Shown here: positions 18,606-27,513 of the stretch, piece after piece
Position numbering within the stretch: position 1 is the stretch's first letter
How the letters are laid out: each line of letters opens with the position of its first letter
NCBI GenBank assembly: GCA_963746475.1
Contig: CAVVBB010000003.1
Coordinates: 368,938-432,937, forward strand
Direction of reading: 5' to 3'
DNA length: 64,000 bases
Source: an uncultured delta proteobacterium
Lineage (GTDB): Bacteria > Myxococcota_A > Polyangia > Polyangiales > Houyiibacteriaceae
Position numbers and translations under genes: made by a program
The notes under the pieces: generated by a model
What the model was told of the DNA's origin: nothing
What the model saw: only the letters and a program-made list of their open reading frames with translations
The model's database searches: none

Positions 18606-19163
18606 TTGACTCGTTCACTGATCGAGATGCTCTTCGCTTGCTTAGACGGGCAGATCTCGAGAGAGGAAGCCCTCGCAAGCTATCGCAGCGCTGAGCACCA
18701 ATTCGGAGTTCGCATCTACGACGACCACGATGCCAGGGTCGCACCAGGCGCGTTCAAACCGCACATGCCCATTTCCGAAGAACGCGTGTGTACGCTCACG
18801 CGCAGCTGGGAGCAGTTCGACCGCGCGCTGGAACCGCTCGGCCGTGGGGCCGAGCGCCAGCTCGTCATTCGCTCCCTGGGCCCCTTCGTCTCCGGCACCG
18901 GCCTGTGGGTGGCGGGTGAGGACCTCGCGACAGACCACCTGTTCATCTTCCGCGCGGGCGAAGTCGGCTCCTGGACGGCCGAGCAATGGGACGACCATCT
19001 CGCCAACTGGGCCGCGGTCAAGCAGTATCAGGGAAGAGAAGACTGGAACCCCGAACGCCTCGTCGCCAAGATGCGCTCCATGCCGCGCTACCCACAATGG
19101 ACGCGGTTGCTTCGCGAGCTCATCAGTGAAGCACGAAGCGCGAGCGGCCGAGGGTCACGCTGA
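18606..19163 (+). CDS. Hypothetical cytoplasmic protein
   Basis: A 185-aa ORF (TTG start; alternative ATG 21 nt downstream) lying 12 nt after coaBC on the same strand. No motif recognised. Confidence 0.5.
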   Translation: MTRSLIEMLFACLDGQISREEALASYRSAEHQFGVRIYDDHDARVAPGAFKPHMPISEERVCTLTRSWEQFDRALEPLGRGAERQLVIRSLGPFVSGTGLWVAGEDLATDHLFIFRAGEVGSWTAEQWDDHLANWAAVKQYQGREDWNPERLVAKMRSMPRYPQWTRLLRELISEARSASGRGSR

Positions 19164-19213
19164 GCCGCCTGCCCGCAGCAGGGTCACGAATCCGGTGCTC
19201 TCGAAGCGAATCT

Positions 19214-20143
19214 TCAGGGTGTGCTTTGCGGTGGGCTCAGCTCGAGCAGCCGAAGTAAGGACTTGCGCTTTGCGACGACCGGCTCCGATTTGTCCGGCGT
19301 CACGAGGACGAAATCAGCCGTGGACTCGGCAGCGGCTTCCACCTCCGGGGTCATCGGCTTGCTGAGATCGAGCGTGAGCTCGCCCTCGAGCTTCATCTCG
19401 TAGCTGCGCAGTCGAAGCTCCTCCTTCGGGTTCAAAGCCGCCGATTGCGGCGCGGCGGTCTGCGTGATCGTGAATTCCAACTTGAACAGGTTTCCTTGCG
19501 CCTCCTGGAGCGTGTAGCGGGTCACCTGGGTCATCCTCGTGCTCCAGATCTGCAGCGGTCGCTTCACTTCCCACACAGCCCCGACACCCACGGGCTCGAC
19601 GGGAAGCGGAATCACGGTCACAGCGGAGCGAACGTTGCCCAGCATGATCAGTACGCGCGGAGGCACATTCTCCTGCGCCCGCGACCAGGGAACCTCAGAA
19701 TCGACGACGAGCCCGCGGTCGTCGATGTCGAAGCGGCCACGCATATTCCGAAGGCCCGCGAGCTCGCTCTCGATCGCTTCGGCATCAGAGGCCGAGGAAG
19801 CCCCAGACTCGAGGATCTTTGCGTCGACGATGCGTAGAATGTAACGGGTCCCTCCCTCAATCGATTGGCTGGGACCCACTTGAACGAGCACGCGCACGCT
19901 CGGCAGCGGGCTCAGACTGCCGTCGACTTCCCCCACGACCTGGGTCTTGCTTACGATGTCGAGCACACCCCGCACCTGAGTGCCCGGAGCAATGTCATAG
20001 CGCAGGAGCGCTCGGGGCTGCTGGCCCGCCGCGAGCAGCTGGACGGGGCCCAGCTCCGGTGCAGGCTTGACCGGAACCTTGTCCTTGGCACAGGCCCCAA
20101 AGGCCAAAGTGAAGGCCGCGAGCACAAGCATTCGATTCGCCAT
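19214..20143 (-). CDS. Lipoprotein, unknown function (paralog of 31696..32754)
   Basis: ATG at 20143 gives MANRMLVLAAFTLAFGAC (lipobox). It shares several collinear motifs with the 31696 protein (see findings). Confidence 0.7.
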   Translation of the reverse strand: MANRMLVLAAFTLAFGACAKDKVPVKPAPELGPVQLLAAGQQPRALLRYDIAPGTQVRGVLDIVSKTQVVGEVDGSLSPLPSVRVLVQVGPSQSIEGGTRYILRIVDAKILESGASSASDAEAIESELAGLRNMRGRFDIDDRGLVVDSEVPWSRAQENVPPRVLIMLGNVRSAVTVIPLPVEPVGVGAVWEVKRPLQIWSTRMTQVTRYTLQEAQGNLFKLEFTITQTAAPQSAALNPKEELRLRSYEMKLEGELTLDLSKPMTPEVEAAAESTADFVLVTPDKSEPVVAKRKSLLRLLELSPPQSTP

Positions 20144-20216
20144 ATGGAGGTCGCCTATAACATAGGCAGGGCGCAATTTCTCGCCGAACTACCGTATACT
20201 GGCCCCGGCCCAGACG

Positions 20217-22358
20217 ATGATGCTCTCTACGAAGGACGCAACAGCAGCCGCCGATAGACGCGGCAGCTCCAACGGACTGCAGGACTCGGGTCGAGTCGAT
20301 GCCGATGACACGCAAGCCGTCGGAAGCGTCGCGCCTTGGCTCGTCGCCCTCGTCTTCACACCGCTCTATGCACTCGCGCTCTTTGCGGGCTTTGCGTTCT
20401 TTCTGACGCCGGAGAGCGTCTCGCCGTTCTGGCCCTCGGCAGGCGTCGCAGCCGCCGCCCTGCTGCTCACGCCGTATCGCCTTTGGCCACTGATCGCGAT
20501 TCTCATCGGGGTCAGCCAGTACGCGGTGGTCAGTTTCGTGCCCGCGTCCTCCGCGATGGCGTTCGTCAACGTGCTCGACGTCGTGGGCCCTGTCGTCGGC
20601 GTCACGCTCTTCCGAGTCTTCCTGGGACCGTCCGTCCAAATTTCGTCGCTGAAGCATGCGCTCGCGATCACGGTTCTGGCGATCGCCGTTTCGGCCGTAA
20701 CTGCGCTGTCCAGCACGTATCGCTTCGTGCATCTGAGTCCGTCTGTCGACTTTCTGTCCGCATGGCAGGTCTGGTGGTTCGGCCATACGCTCGGGGTCGT
20801 CGTCGCGACCCCGCTGATCCTGGCTTGGGTGGAAAATCCTCGGATCGGCGACTTCGAGCTCGGACGAGGGCTCGAGCTCGGCTTCGGGTTCGCCCTGCTC
20901 CTGGCAGCCGGGATATGGGTGCTGGGCGCTTCGCCGGAGCCCTTCACCTCGATCCTCGACTATCCGTTCGTGACGGTCCCGTTGATCATCTGGTTGACGC
21001 TGCGTTTCGACATCCGGGTCGTCACCCTGGCTTCGGCCCTCATCGCCTTCTTCACCGTCTGGAACGCCTCTGAAGGCCGCGGCCCCTTCATGATGACCGT
21101 CGCCGACTCGGTGCAATCCAACATCATTGGCATCCAGGCGTTCCTGGCAACGGTCTCGCTTTCGTCCCTATTTCTGTGCGCTGCGCTGGCCGATCAGCGA
21201 AGAGCGACGGCGGCGAAGGAGCTCCTTCAGCGGCAAGCCGCAGAGGCTCAGAAGCTCGAGCTCGTCGCCCGGCTCGCGGGCTCCGTCGCGCACGACTTCA
21301 ACAACGACCTGACGATCATGATGAGCTGGATCGACTTCCTGAAAGATCGGACGAAAGGCGATCGCGAGCTCGAACGCGCCGTCGGCCAGATCTCCCGCGC
21401 CGCGGACCGAGGGGCCTCCATCACGAACCAGCTCCTGTCGTTCGGGCGAGCCGCCCCTGGACCCAAACAGACGATAAACGTGGCCTCTCTGACGAAAGAC
21501 TGGGAGACGCTCCTTCAACCTCTGTTCCACGGACCCAGACGCCTGGAGGTCACGGCCGACCCCGACGTGGGGTTTGTGCGCGCAGACCCGCACCAGCTCG
21601 AGCAGGCTCTGCTCAACCTCGGGATCAATGCGCGCGACGCGATGCCCAAGGGAGGCACGCTGCGGATCCACGCGTTCCCGATACAGGGAGGCGCAGGAAA
21701 GGCCCGCCGAGTCGGGATTCGCGTGAGCGATGACGGCGAAGGCATGAGCGACGAGGTCCTCGGCCACATCTTCGAGCCTTTCTTCACCACCAAGGAGGAA
21801 GGTCGGGGGACCGGTCTAGGGCTTCCCTCGGTGCATCGCATCGTAAAGGGTCTCGGAGGAACCATCGAGGTGGAGTCTGCGCCAGGCAAAGGCACTCACT
21901 TCCAGATCAGCCTGCCCGCAGCCGAGGCGGCGCCAAAACCGGTGTCGACGCTGCAAACCTCCACCGAGCCTGTGACGGAGACGATCTTGGTCGTCGACGA
22001 CGACGATGGGGTTCGCGAGGCGGTCTCGCTAACGCTCGAGAGCGGAGGTTACACGGTACTTCCGGCCACCAACGGCACCGAAGCCCTGGCCGTCATGAAA
22101 GACCACGCAGACATCGTCGACCTCGTCATCACCGATCTAAACATGCCCGAGAAGGGCGGCGAAGCGCTGATCGACGATCTATGGAGGGAGCGCCCCTCGC
22201 TCCCCGTGCTCGTCGTGAGCGGATACTCCTCGAGCGACGACGCCGAAGCGCTTCCAGAGCAGATTCAGTTCGTGCCCAAGCCCTTCTCGGCCAAGGTGTT
22301 GCTCACTTGTGTGCGCGAGGCGCTCGACAGCCGCCGACCCAGCAAGCTGAGCGCCTGA
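20217..22358 (+). CDS. Hybrid sensor histidine kinase / response regulator with N-terminal MASE1-like membrane domain
   Basis: The N-terminal ~300 aa form a polytopic domain. H-box SVAHDFNNDLTIM; N box LNLGINARDAM; G boxes DDGEGM and GTGLGLPSV. C-terminal receiver with VVDDDD ... DLVITDLNMPEKGG ... KPF. Confidence 0.9.
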   Translation: MMLSTKDATAAADRRGSSNGLQDSGRVDADDTQAVGSVAPWLVALVFTPLYALALFAGFAFFLTPESVSPFWPSAGVAAAALLLTPYRLWPLIAILIGVSQYAVVSFVPASSAMAFVNVLDVVGPVVGVTLFRVFLGPSVQISSLKHALAITVLAIAVSAVTALSSTYRFVHLSPSVDFLSAWQVWWFGHTLGVVVATPLILAWVENPRIGDFELGRGLELGFGFALLLAAGIWVLGASPEPFTSILDYPFVTVPLIIWLTLRFDIRVVTLASALIAFFTVWNASEGRGPFMMTVADSVQSNIIGIQAFLATVSLSSLFLCAALADQRRATAAKELLQRQAAEAQKLELVARLAGSVAHDFNNDLTIMMSWIDFLKDRTKGDRELERAVGQISRAADRGASITNQLLSFGRAAPGPKQTINVASLTKDWETLLQPLFHGPRRLEVTADPDVGFVRADPHQLEQALLNLGINARDAMPKGGTLRIHAFPIQGGAGKARRVGIRVSDDGEGMSDEVLGHIFEPFFTTKEEGRGTGLGLPSVHRIVKGLGGTIEVESAPGKGTHFQISLPAAEAAPKPVSTLQTSTEPVTETILVVDDDDGVREAVSLTLESGGYTVLPATNGTEALAVMKDHADIVDLVITDLNMPEKGGEALIDDLWRERPSLPVLVVSGYSSSDDAEALPEQIQFVPKPFSAKVLLTCVREALDSRRPSKLSA

Positions 22359-22375
22359 ACGAGGCGCTCCCGCGC

Positions 22376-23920
22376 TCAGTACCAGCCGCCAATCCCGAGT
22401 GAGACCGCTCGGTAGCCGCGCGCGAAGTCGAGTGCCGTGCTGATCTGCCAAAGGTAGTCCTCGGGCCACAGCCCAAACACGTCCCACTTCAGCACGCGAA
22501 CATCGGCCCCGAAGGTTCCGTGCCAGCGAGCCTCGGACGCCGCGAAGCGACTCGGTTCCATGTACGTGCCAGCTCGAAGCTTCATGCGCTTTGGCCAGGC
22601 CTCCGTCTCGACGCCGATTTTTGGAGAAACGGTGATGTTCTGGCCCGAACGCTGCACTGTCTGAAAGATGAAGGACTCGACTCCGACCCCTTCTCGAACG
22701 CGCCCAGTGATCTGCAAGTCGGTGGTAACCAGGAAATACCAGCGCGGCCACTCGTTCCGATACCGCTCTCGCAAGGTCTTCCAGGCTGCATATTTGATGT
22801 CTTTGCGCTGCTGATCCACGCGGTCGTATTTCTGCGCATAGCGGCCCCGCACCTTTGCCAGGCAGGCCTCGACCTCGGGTCCGCCACGGGCCCGGACCGC
22901 AGAGAGCTCACGCTCCTCCGCGTCGCGCGTCTCGGCCTCGCGTCGCGCCAGGCGCGCCAAGTCCTCGGCAGCCAGCTCCTCGGCCTGAATCCAGGGCGGA
23001 TTCGTCGGACGCGGACCAAACTGGTACGCAAACCCGACCGAGCCCGTGTGCGGAAGCTCGGTGTTCTTGGGCAGGTAGATTCCAGCGACGACGATGTTCC
23101 CATCCTCGTCGACCTCGGCGTTACCGCGCCGCTGCCCGCCTGTATCGATGCTCGGATAGAACGAGGCCCCGAGGCGATAGCGCTTTCCATGGGGTCGAAA
23201 CATGACGCCCAGCTCCGAGCCCACGCCGAGCGCGGCGTATGCCTCGTCGTCTTTTCCGAGCGCTTTTTCACCCACGAGAATGCGTTCCCGCAGTAAACGA
23301 ACGCCCGCGCCGAGGATCAGCTGCCCATCCAAGAAGCCGTAGCCGAGCTGGATGTGAAACGTCGTGAACCGCAGGCGCAGCCGGTCCTGCTCACCGGTCG
23401 ATGGGTTCGTCAGACCGTCGAGTGTGACTCGCTGAGAGTCGATCGTAAGCCCCAGGCCGAAGTTCCACATCTGCCAGTACGCGCCAGGGATGAAAAACAG
23501 GAACTCCGCGTCATCCCGCGTGCTCGGATCCCCGCCGGTCACGTTCCCGCTGTTGTAGAAGTCCCCCGTATCAAACGGATACGTGACGCCAAAAGCGAGC
23601 CAGTAGTCATACCAATCGGGCCACTGCGGACCTCTCCAGGCCACCGCCGCCGGGTTCTGTAGCCCCCCTTCGACCCCCTCGGCAATGGCGGTCGCCGCAC
23701 CGGAGAGTCCCGTCACGCGCGAAGTGCTGATGACCGGGCCACGGGAGAGATCCACCGTGTAGTCAGAGGTCGTGATCGGGGCGCCGTCTGGACCGAGTTG
23801 CGCGCGCGCCACGCGCGTCGAACCCAACATGACTAGCAGCGCCCCAGTCACCACGGCTGCTCGCACGCAGCCCACCGAGCTCAGAACCCCTCCAGCAACA
23901 CGACCCGCGGTGTACTGCAT
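22376..23920 (-). CDS. Outer-membrane beta-barrel protein (FadL/PorV-like N-terminal motif) with a charged helical insertion
   Basis: Signal peptide ...RVARAQ, alternating beta-strand pattern, and terminal ...SLGIGGWY. The motif GLSGAATAIAEGVEGGLQNPAAVA is present. About 90 aa form a Glu/Arg-rich insert. Confidence 0.7.
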   Translation of the reverse strand: MQYTAGRVAGGVLSSVGCVRAAVVTGALLVMLGSTRVARAQLGPDGAPITTSDYTVDLSRGPVISTSRVTGLSGAATAIAEGVEGGLQNPAAVAWRGPQWPDWYDYWLAFGVTYPFDTGDFYNSGNVTGGDPSTRDDAEFLFFIPGAYWQMWNFGLGLTIDSQRVTLDGLTNPSTGEQDRLRLRFTTFHIQLGYGFLDGQLILGAGVRLLRERILVGEKALGKDDEAYAALGVGSELGVMFRPHGKRYRLGASFYPSIDTGGQRRGNAEVDEDGNIVVAGIYLPKNTELPHTGSVGFAYQFGPRPTNPPWIQAEELAAEDLARLARREAETRDAEERELSAVRARGGPEVEACLAKVRGRYAQKYDRVDQQRKDIKYAAWKTLRERYRNEWPRWYFLVTTDLQITGRVREGVGVESFIFQTVQRSGQNITVSPKIGVETEAWPKRMKLRAGTYMEPSRFAASEARWHGTFGADVRVLKWDVFGLWPEDYLWQISTALDFARGYRAVSLGIGGWY

Positions 23921-23994
23921 AGCCTAGGTTCTTGTCTCCTGCAGGCTCAGGTATCGCATCAGGGACACGTCGAGGGCCTCGGGCGCCGAAGCGG

Positions 23995-25629
23995 TCAGTT
24001 CCCTTGGGGCTCCGTCGTGGGCTCTGGCATGACCGGAGGGCCGGGCACTTCCTCAGCACCCCTCGTCCCCGACGGCTCCGACGGCTCCGACGGGGTCGCC
24101 TGCTCGGGCGTTTGAGCTTCCTGAGGCAGGGTCTTCTTCTCTTTGAGCTCTTCCTTAACGACCTTCGCGGCCTTGCCCACGTCGCCTCCGATGGAGATGA
24201 TGAAACTGCGGTCCTTGATGTTCACGCGGCGGAACCCCTGGTTGCCGGCAAGCGCCTCCTCACGGACGTCGATGCCGTTCCCAGTGCCCTTGCCCCAAAG
24301 GCCACTGAAGCCAACGGACAGGCCGCGCTCTTCTTTGTGGCCGCCCACAGAGGCGCTGAAACCATAGCGGTCGACACCCGACGTCGCACGGACTTCGCTA
24401 CTCGTGCCCGAAACTGATGGCGCGGCCGACCGATCGGTGAGGAAACCGAAGCTGGTGTAGAGCCACGGCGTGATCTCGATCGCCGTGCCGACCGAGACGT
24501 TCCAGACGAAGTCCCGCTTCGTGCTCGTGTCGAGCAGCACGCCTTCGCTCTGCAGTCTCCCCGGGGCCTGGGGAACATTTTCAGCGATGGAGCCGGACTT
24601 GACGGGCCCAACCAGCTGCAAGTCCGCGGCCACGACCGCCCGTTTGCTCATGACCCAGCTCGTGCCGAGCCGGAGCTCCCAGGGCGTCGGGTTATTCGCC
24701 TTGAAGCCCTCCCCGTCGAGAAAGTACGAGTCCGAAGGCGCCGGATCGAGCCGGGCGTCGACGTCAGACAGCTGTGCACGAAGGTCAGCCTTGCCACCCA
24801 TGGGAATGCCCGGTGTCTGAAACATCACACCGAGGCGCCAATGCTCGCCGAAGAGCTGCATCACGCCGAGGCGAAAGATCATGTTCCAGGCGTTCATGTC
24901 GAACTGCGTGGTGCGGTTGATCTGACGAGCGTCCAAGTAGTGCGGAGGCGAAGTCCGCTCCGGGTCCGGGTCCGAGTCCGGCCGGCCGCCAAAGGCAAAG
25001 GAGATGTTCTCGTTGTGCCTCAGCACTCGGTTGTTGGCGAGCGCTGTTATGCCGATGGACGTATTCTTGCGGAAGCGCCAACCGACACCGGCCGCGATGA
25101 ACGTGTTTCGGTCGATCTGGCCGAACTCGATGCTGTTGGTTCGCCCTAGCGCGTCGGCGACTTGAATGTCTCCTGACAGCTCCTCGTTGTAGGTCTGAAA
25201 GGCCGAAATTGCTACCTGCACGACCTTGCTGCCGCCGATCTTTTTCTTGCCCAGAGCGAAGCTCGCTACCGCGAAACCGGGCAGCGTGGGGGTCGACTTG
25301 ATGGTGAAGTCCTCAGTGGAGACCGGTCCAACGACAGCATCTTCGATCTTCAGCCGGCGGATGACGCCGAGTGACAAGCTACCTTGCAGCAGCTTGGGTT
25401 CCAGCAACGGTAGGCCCGCGGGATTGAACCAAATCGCCGCGCCATCGGCCGCATAGCCCGTGTACGCCGACGCCATGCCCCGTGAACGTTCGCCCAGTTG
25501 GAGCGTTTGATAGTGCGTCGAGTCGGCGAGCGCCTCGTTGGGAAGTGTGGTGAGAAGACAAGAGCACATCCAAGCGAGCCCGAGCCCGAGCGACGCGCCC
25601 TTTCGTATGCAAAGCATCTCGGTGGCCAT
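23995..25629 (-). CDS. Outer-membrane transport protein, OMPP1/FadL/TodX-like, with Pro/Glu-rich C-terminal tail
   Basis: The internal ATG at 25629 (or 25617) gives a signal peptide. The motif GERSRGMASAYTGYAADGAAIWFNPAGL is typical of the FadL family. The upstream 149 aa of the track ORF are Arg/Pro-rich read-through. Confidence 0.7.
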   Translation of the reverse strand: MATEMLCIRKGASLGLGLAWMCSCLLTTLPNEALADSTHYQTLQLGERSRGMASAYTGYAADGAAIWFNPAGLPLLEPKLLQGSLSLGVIRRLKIEDAVVGPVSTEDFTIKSTPTLPGFAVASFALGKKKIGGSKVVQVAISAFQTYNEELSGDIQVADALGRTNSIEFGQIDRNTFIAAGVGWRFRKNTSIGITALANNRVLRHNENISFAFGGRPDSDPDPERTSPPHYLDARQINRTTQFDMNAWNMIFRLGVMQLFGEHWRLGVMFQTPGIPMGGKADLRAQLSDVDARLDPAPSDSYFLDGEGFKANNPTPWELRLGTSWVMSKRAVVAADLQLVGPVKSGSIAENVPQAPGRLQSEGVLLDTSTKRDFVWNVSVGTAIEITPWLYTSFGFLTDRSAAPSVSGTSSEVRATSGVDRYGFSASVGGHKEERGLSVGFSGLWGKGTGNGIDVREEALAGNQGFRRVNIKDRSFIISIGGDVGKAAKVVKEELKEKKTLPQEAQTPEQATPSEPSEPSGTRGAEEVPGPPVMPEPTTEPQGN

Positions 25630-25721
25630 CGACCGGAAGGTACACCAGGCTCCACTAGGCTGTCTCGGGTCTTGCGCGCCGTTGACCTGAAGTTTTTGCC
25701 GCGCTACCTGGGAATCATTAG

Positions 25722-26441
25722 ATGCCCCAGGACTACCGACATTGGTCACCCCTATTCTTCGCGGCCGTGCTGCTCTTCGCCGCTGGCCACTATGGTTTCG
25801 CGGCGAGCCCGGGAGCCGCGCAGGAACACGGGCCGCAGCCGGTCGAGACGGCACACGAGACGGCAGCGGCCCAGCCTGTGTATTCGAGCCCCAAGGGCCG
25901 CCCACCCCTCGCGAGAACATCGGCCGAGGCCGCCGATGAGCACGGAGAGCATGCTGAGCACGCTGAGCACGAGGGCCACCTGAGGAACGCCATTGGTTTG
26001 GGCTTCGCCTATGCGGCGCAGTGGGTACGGGAAGAAGAGAACCAGGGAACCACCCAGAGCCTCTTCGGCTTTTCACTCCTCTACGATCGCATACTCATCC
26101 CCTCACATCTGGGGATCTCGATTCGAAAGCCGTTTCTCTTTGCTGGCGGCCGCTTCGATTCGCCCCTGGACGTCGTCCTCGAGGGTCTCTTGGAGCGCAA
26201 GCACTGGGAATTCTTCCTGGGCGTGGGTGTGACCCTAAACCTGCGCGCTTTTCAGCGCGAGATGGAGGGCGAGGCCGACGGCGTCAAGCTTTCGTTCGGT
26301 ATCCCCGTAGTGACGGGGGTGAACCTGCTAATTGCTCGTCATTGGTCGGTACAGATGGAAGTCGGCTACGGCTGGACGGTCACCAAAGAACCGGTCAACC
26401 ACGGGTTGAACACCCTCCTGACCGCGCTCTACCACTTCTAA
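25722..26441 (+). CDS. Secreted His-rich protein with small beta-barrel-like C-terminal domain
   Basis: Signal-like N-terminus, a His/Glu cluster DEHGEHAEHAEHEGH, then alternating strands ending ...LLTALYHF (aromatic C-terminus). Confidence 0.65.
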   Translation: MPQDYRHWSPLFFAAVLLFAAGHYGFAASPGAAQEHGPQPVETAHETAAAQPVYSSPKGRPPLARTSAEAADEHGEHAEHAEHEGHLRNAIGLGFAYAAQWVREEENQGTTQSLFGFSLLYDRILIPSHLGISIRKPFLFAGGRFDSPLDVVLEGLLERKHWEFFLGVGVTLNLRAFQREMEGEADGVKLSFGIPVVTGVNLLIARHWSVQMEVGYGWTVTKEPVNHGLNTLLTALYHF

Positions 26442-26568
26442 TCGCAGCCGATGTCGTCGGTGGTTTGCACGGAGCTGCACACGGCGCACACTGGGCCGGC
26501 TCATCGCGCCCCGAACAGCCGGTCATCCAGCGCCCAGCGAGCCGATCTGATATAGGCTCGACCCACGT

Positions 26569-27513
26569 ATGAAGAGACTTCTGAAGGAACCGCTGGTCCA
26601 CTTTCTTCTCGCCGGGGCGGGGTTGTTCATCCTCTTTGGGCTCGTCGACGGCGGCCGAGACGAGCCAGACGCCACTGTCGTGCGGGTCGACGAGCCTGCG
26701 CTGCTCGAGTTCGTCCAGTACAGGATGAAAGCCTTTGAACCTTCGCTGGCAAAGAAGCGCCTCCAGGCTTTGTCGGACGAAGAGCGGCAGAGACTCATCG
26801 ATGACTTCATCCGCGAGGAGGTTCTACACCGGGAGGCTCTCGCCCTCGGCCTGGACCGCGAGGACTACGTCATTCGTCGACGCCTGGTTCAAAAGCTGGA
26901 GTTCATCACCGAAGGTTTCGCCGAAGCGGCGATCCAAGTCGACGAGCCGGCTCTGCAGCGGTACTTCGACGCGCACCGCAAAGACTATTACGTCGAGCCC
27001 TACGTGACATTCACGCACGTGTTCTTCGACGCAGAAAAGCATGGCCGTGAAAAAGCACTAGAGCTCGCCAAGTGGGAGCTTGCGATGCTCAATGCAAAGC
27101 GGGTTCACTTCAGCGATGCGCCTAAGCACGGAGACCGTTTTCTCTATCACTTGAACTACGTCGAGCGGACTCCCGAATTCGTCGCGAGCCACTTCGGTGG
27201 GCCGATGGCGAAGGCCCTGTTCGAGCTGCAGCCCGATGAGCAGACTTGGCGAGGTCCCTTCGAGTCGCCGTATGGGGCGCACCTGGTGATGCTCACGAAT
27301 CGGGAGCCAGGGCGTGACGCAGAGCTTGCCGAGATCCGAGGCCGAGTGCTCGAGGACGCCCGCCGGGCCCTGATTCGCGAGCAAACCGAAGAGGCTATCC
27401 AGCAAATCGTGGGCAGCTACGAGGTCCAGGTCCGGTACCCGCCACCGCCTTCGGCGAACGCGAGCAGGTCCGAGCCGCTGGGCGGCGATGCAGCCGCGCA
27501 GGGCGGACCGTGA
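26569..27513 (+). CDS. Membrane-anchored parvulin/SurA-like peptidyl-prolyl isomerase family protein
   Basis: N-terminal transmembrane helix LVHFLLAGAGLFILFGLV. The chaperone-like helical region is followed by ...GPFESPYGAHLVML, resembling the PpiC-type fold. Its stop overlaps the next start (GTGA). Confidence 0.6.
   Translation: MKRLLKEPLVHFLLAGAGLFILFGLVDGGRDEPDATVVRVDEPALLEFVQYRMKAFEPSLAKKRLQALSDEERQRLIDDFIREEVLHREALALGLDREDYVIRRRLVQKLEFITEGFAEAAIQVDEPALQRYFDAHRKDYYVEPYVTFTHVFFDAEKHGREKALELAKWELAMLNAKRVHFSDAPKHGDRFLYHLNYVERTPEFVASHFGGPMAKALFELQPDEQTWRGPFESPYGAHLVMLTNREPGRDAELAEIRGRVLEDARRALIREQTEEAIQQIVGSYEVQVRYPPPPSANASRSEPLGGDAAAQGGP

Noticed and set aside
24071-24093. Short tandem repeats: gacggctcc x2.5 at this position, and the GAGCAC-rich repeat at 25932..25980.
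   Set aside because: Both are in frame within coding sequence, encoding PSEPSEPS (minus strand) and EHGEHAEHAEHEGH. They reflect low-complexity protein segments, not CRISPR, VNTR or regulatory repeats.
25630-26076. The N-terminal 149-aa extension of the FadL-like ORF. Similar extensions occur at 14298..14699, 55431..55835 and 43442..43492.
   Set aside because: These extensions are Arg/Pro-rich and lack signal peptides. They overlap neighbouring genes or promoters. Internal starts give proper signal peptides, lipoboxes or Shine-Dalgarno sites.
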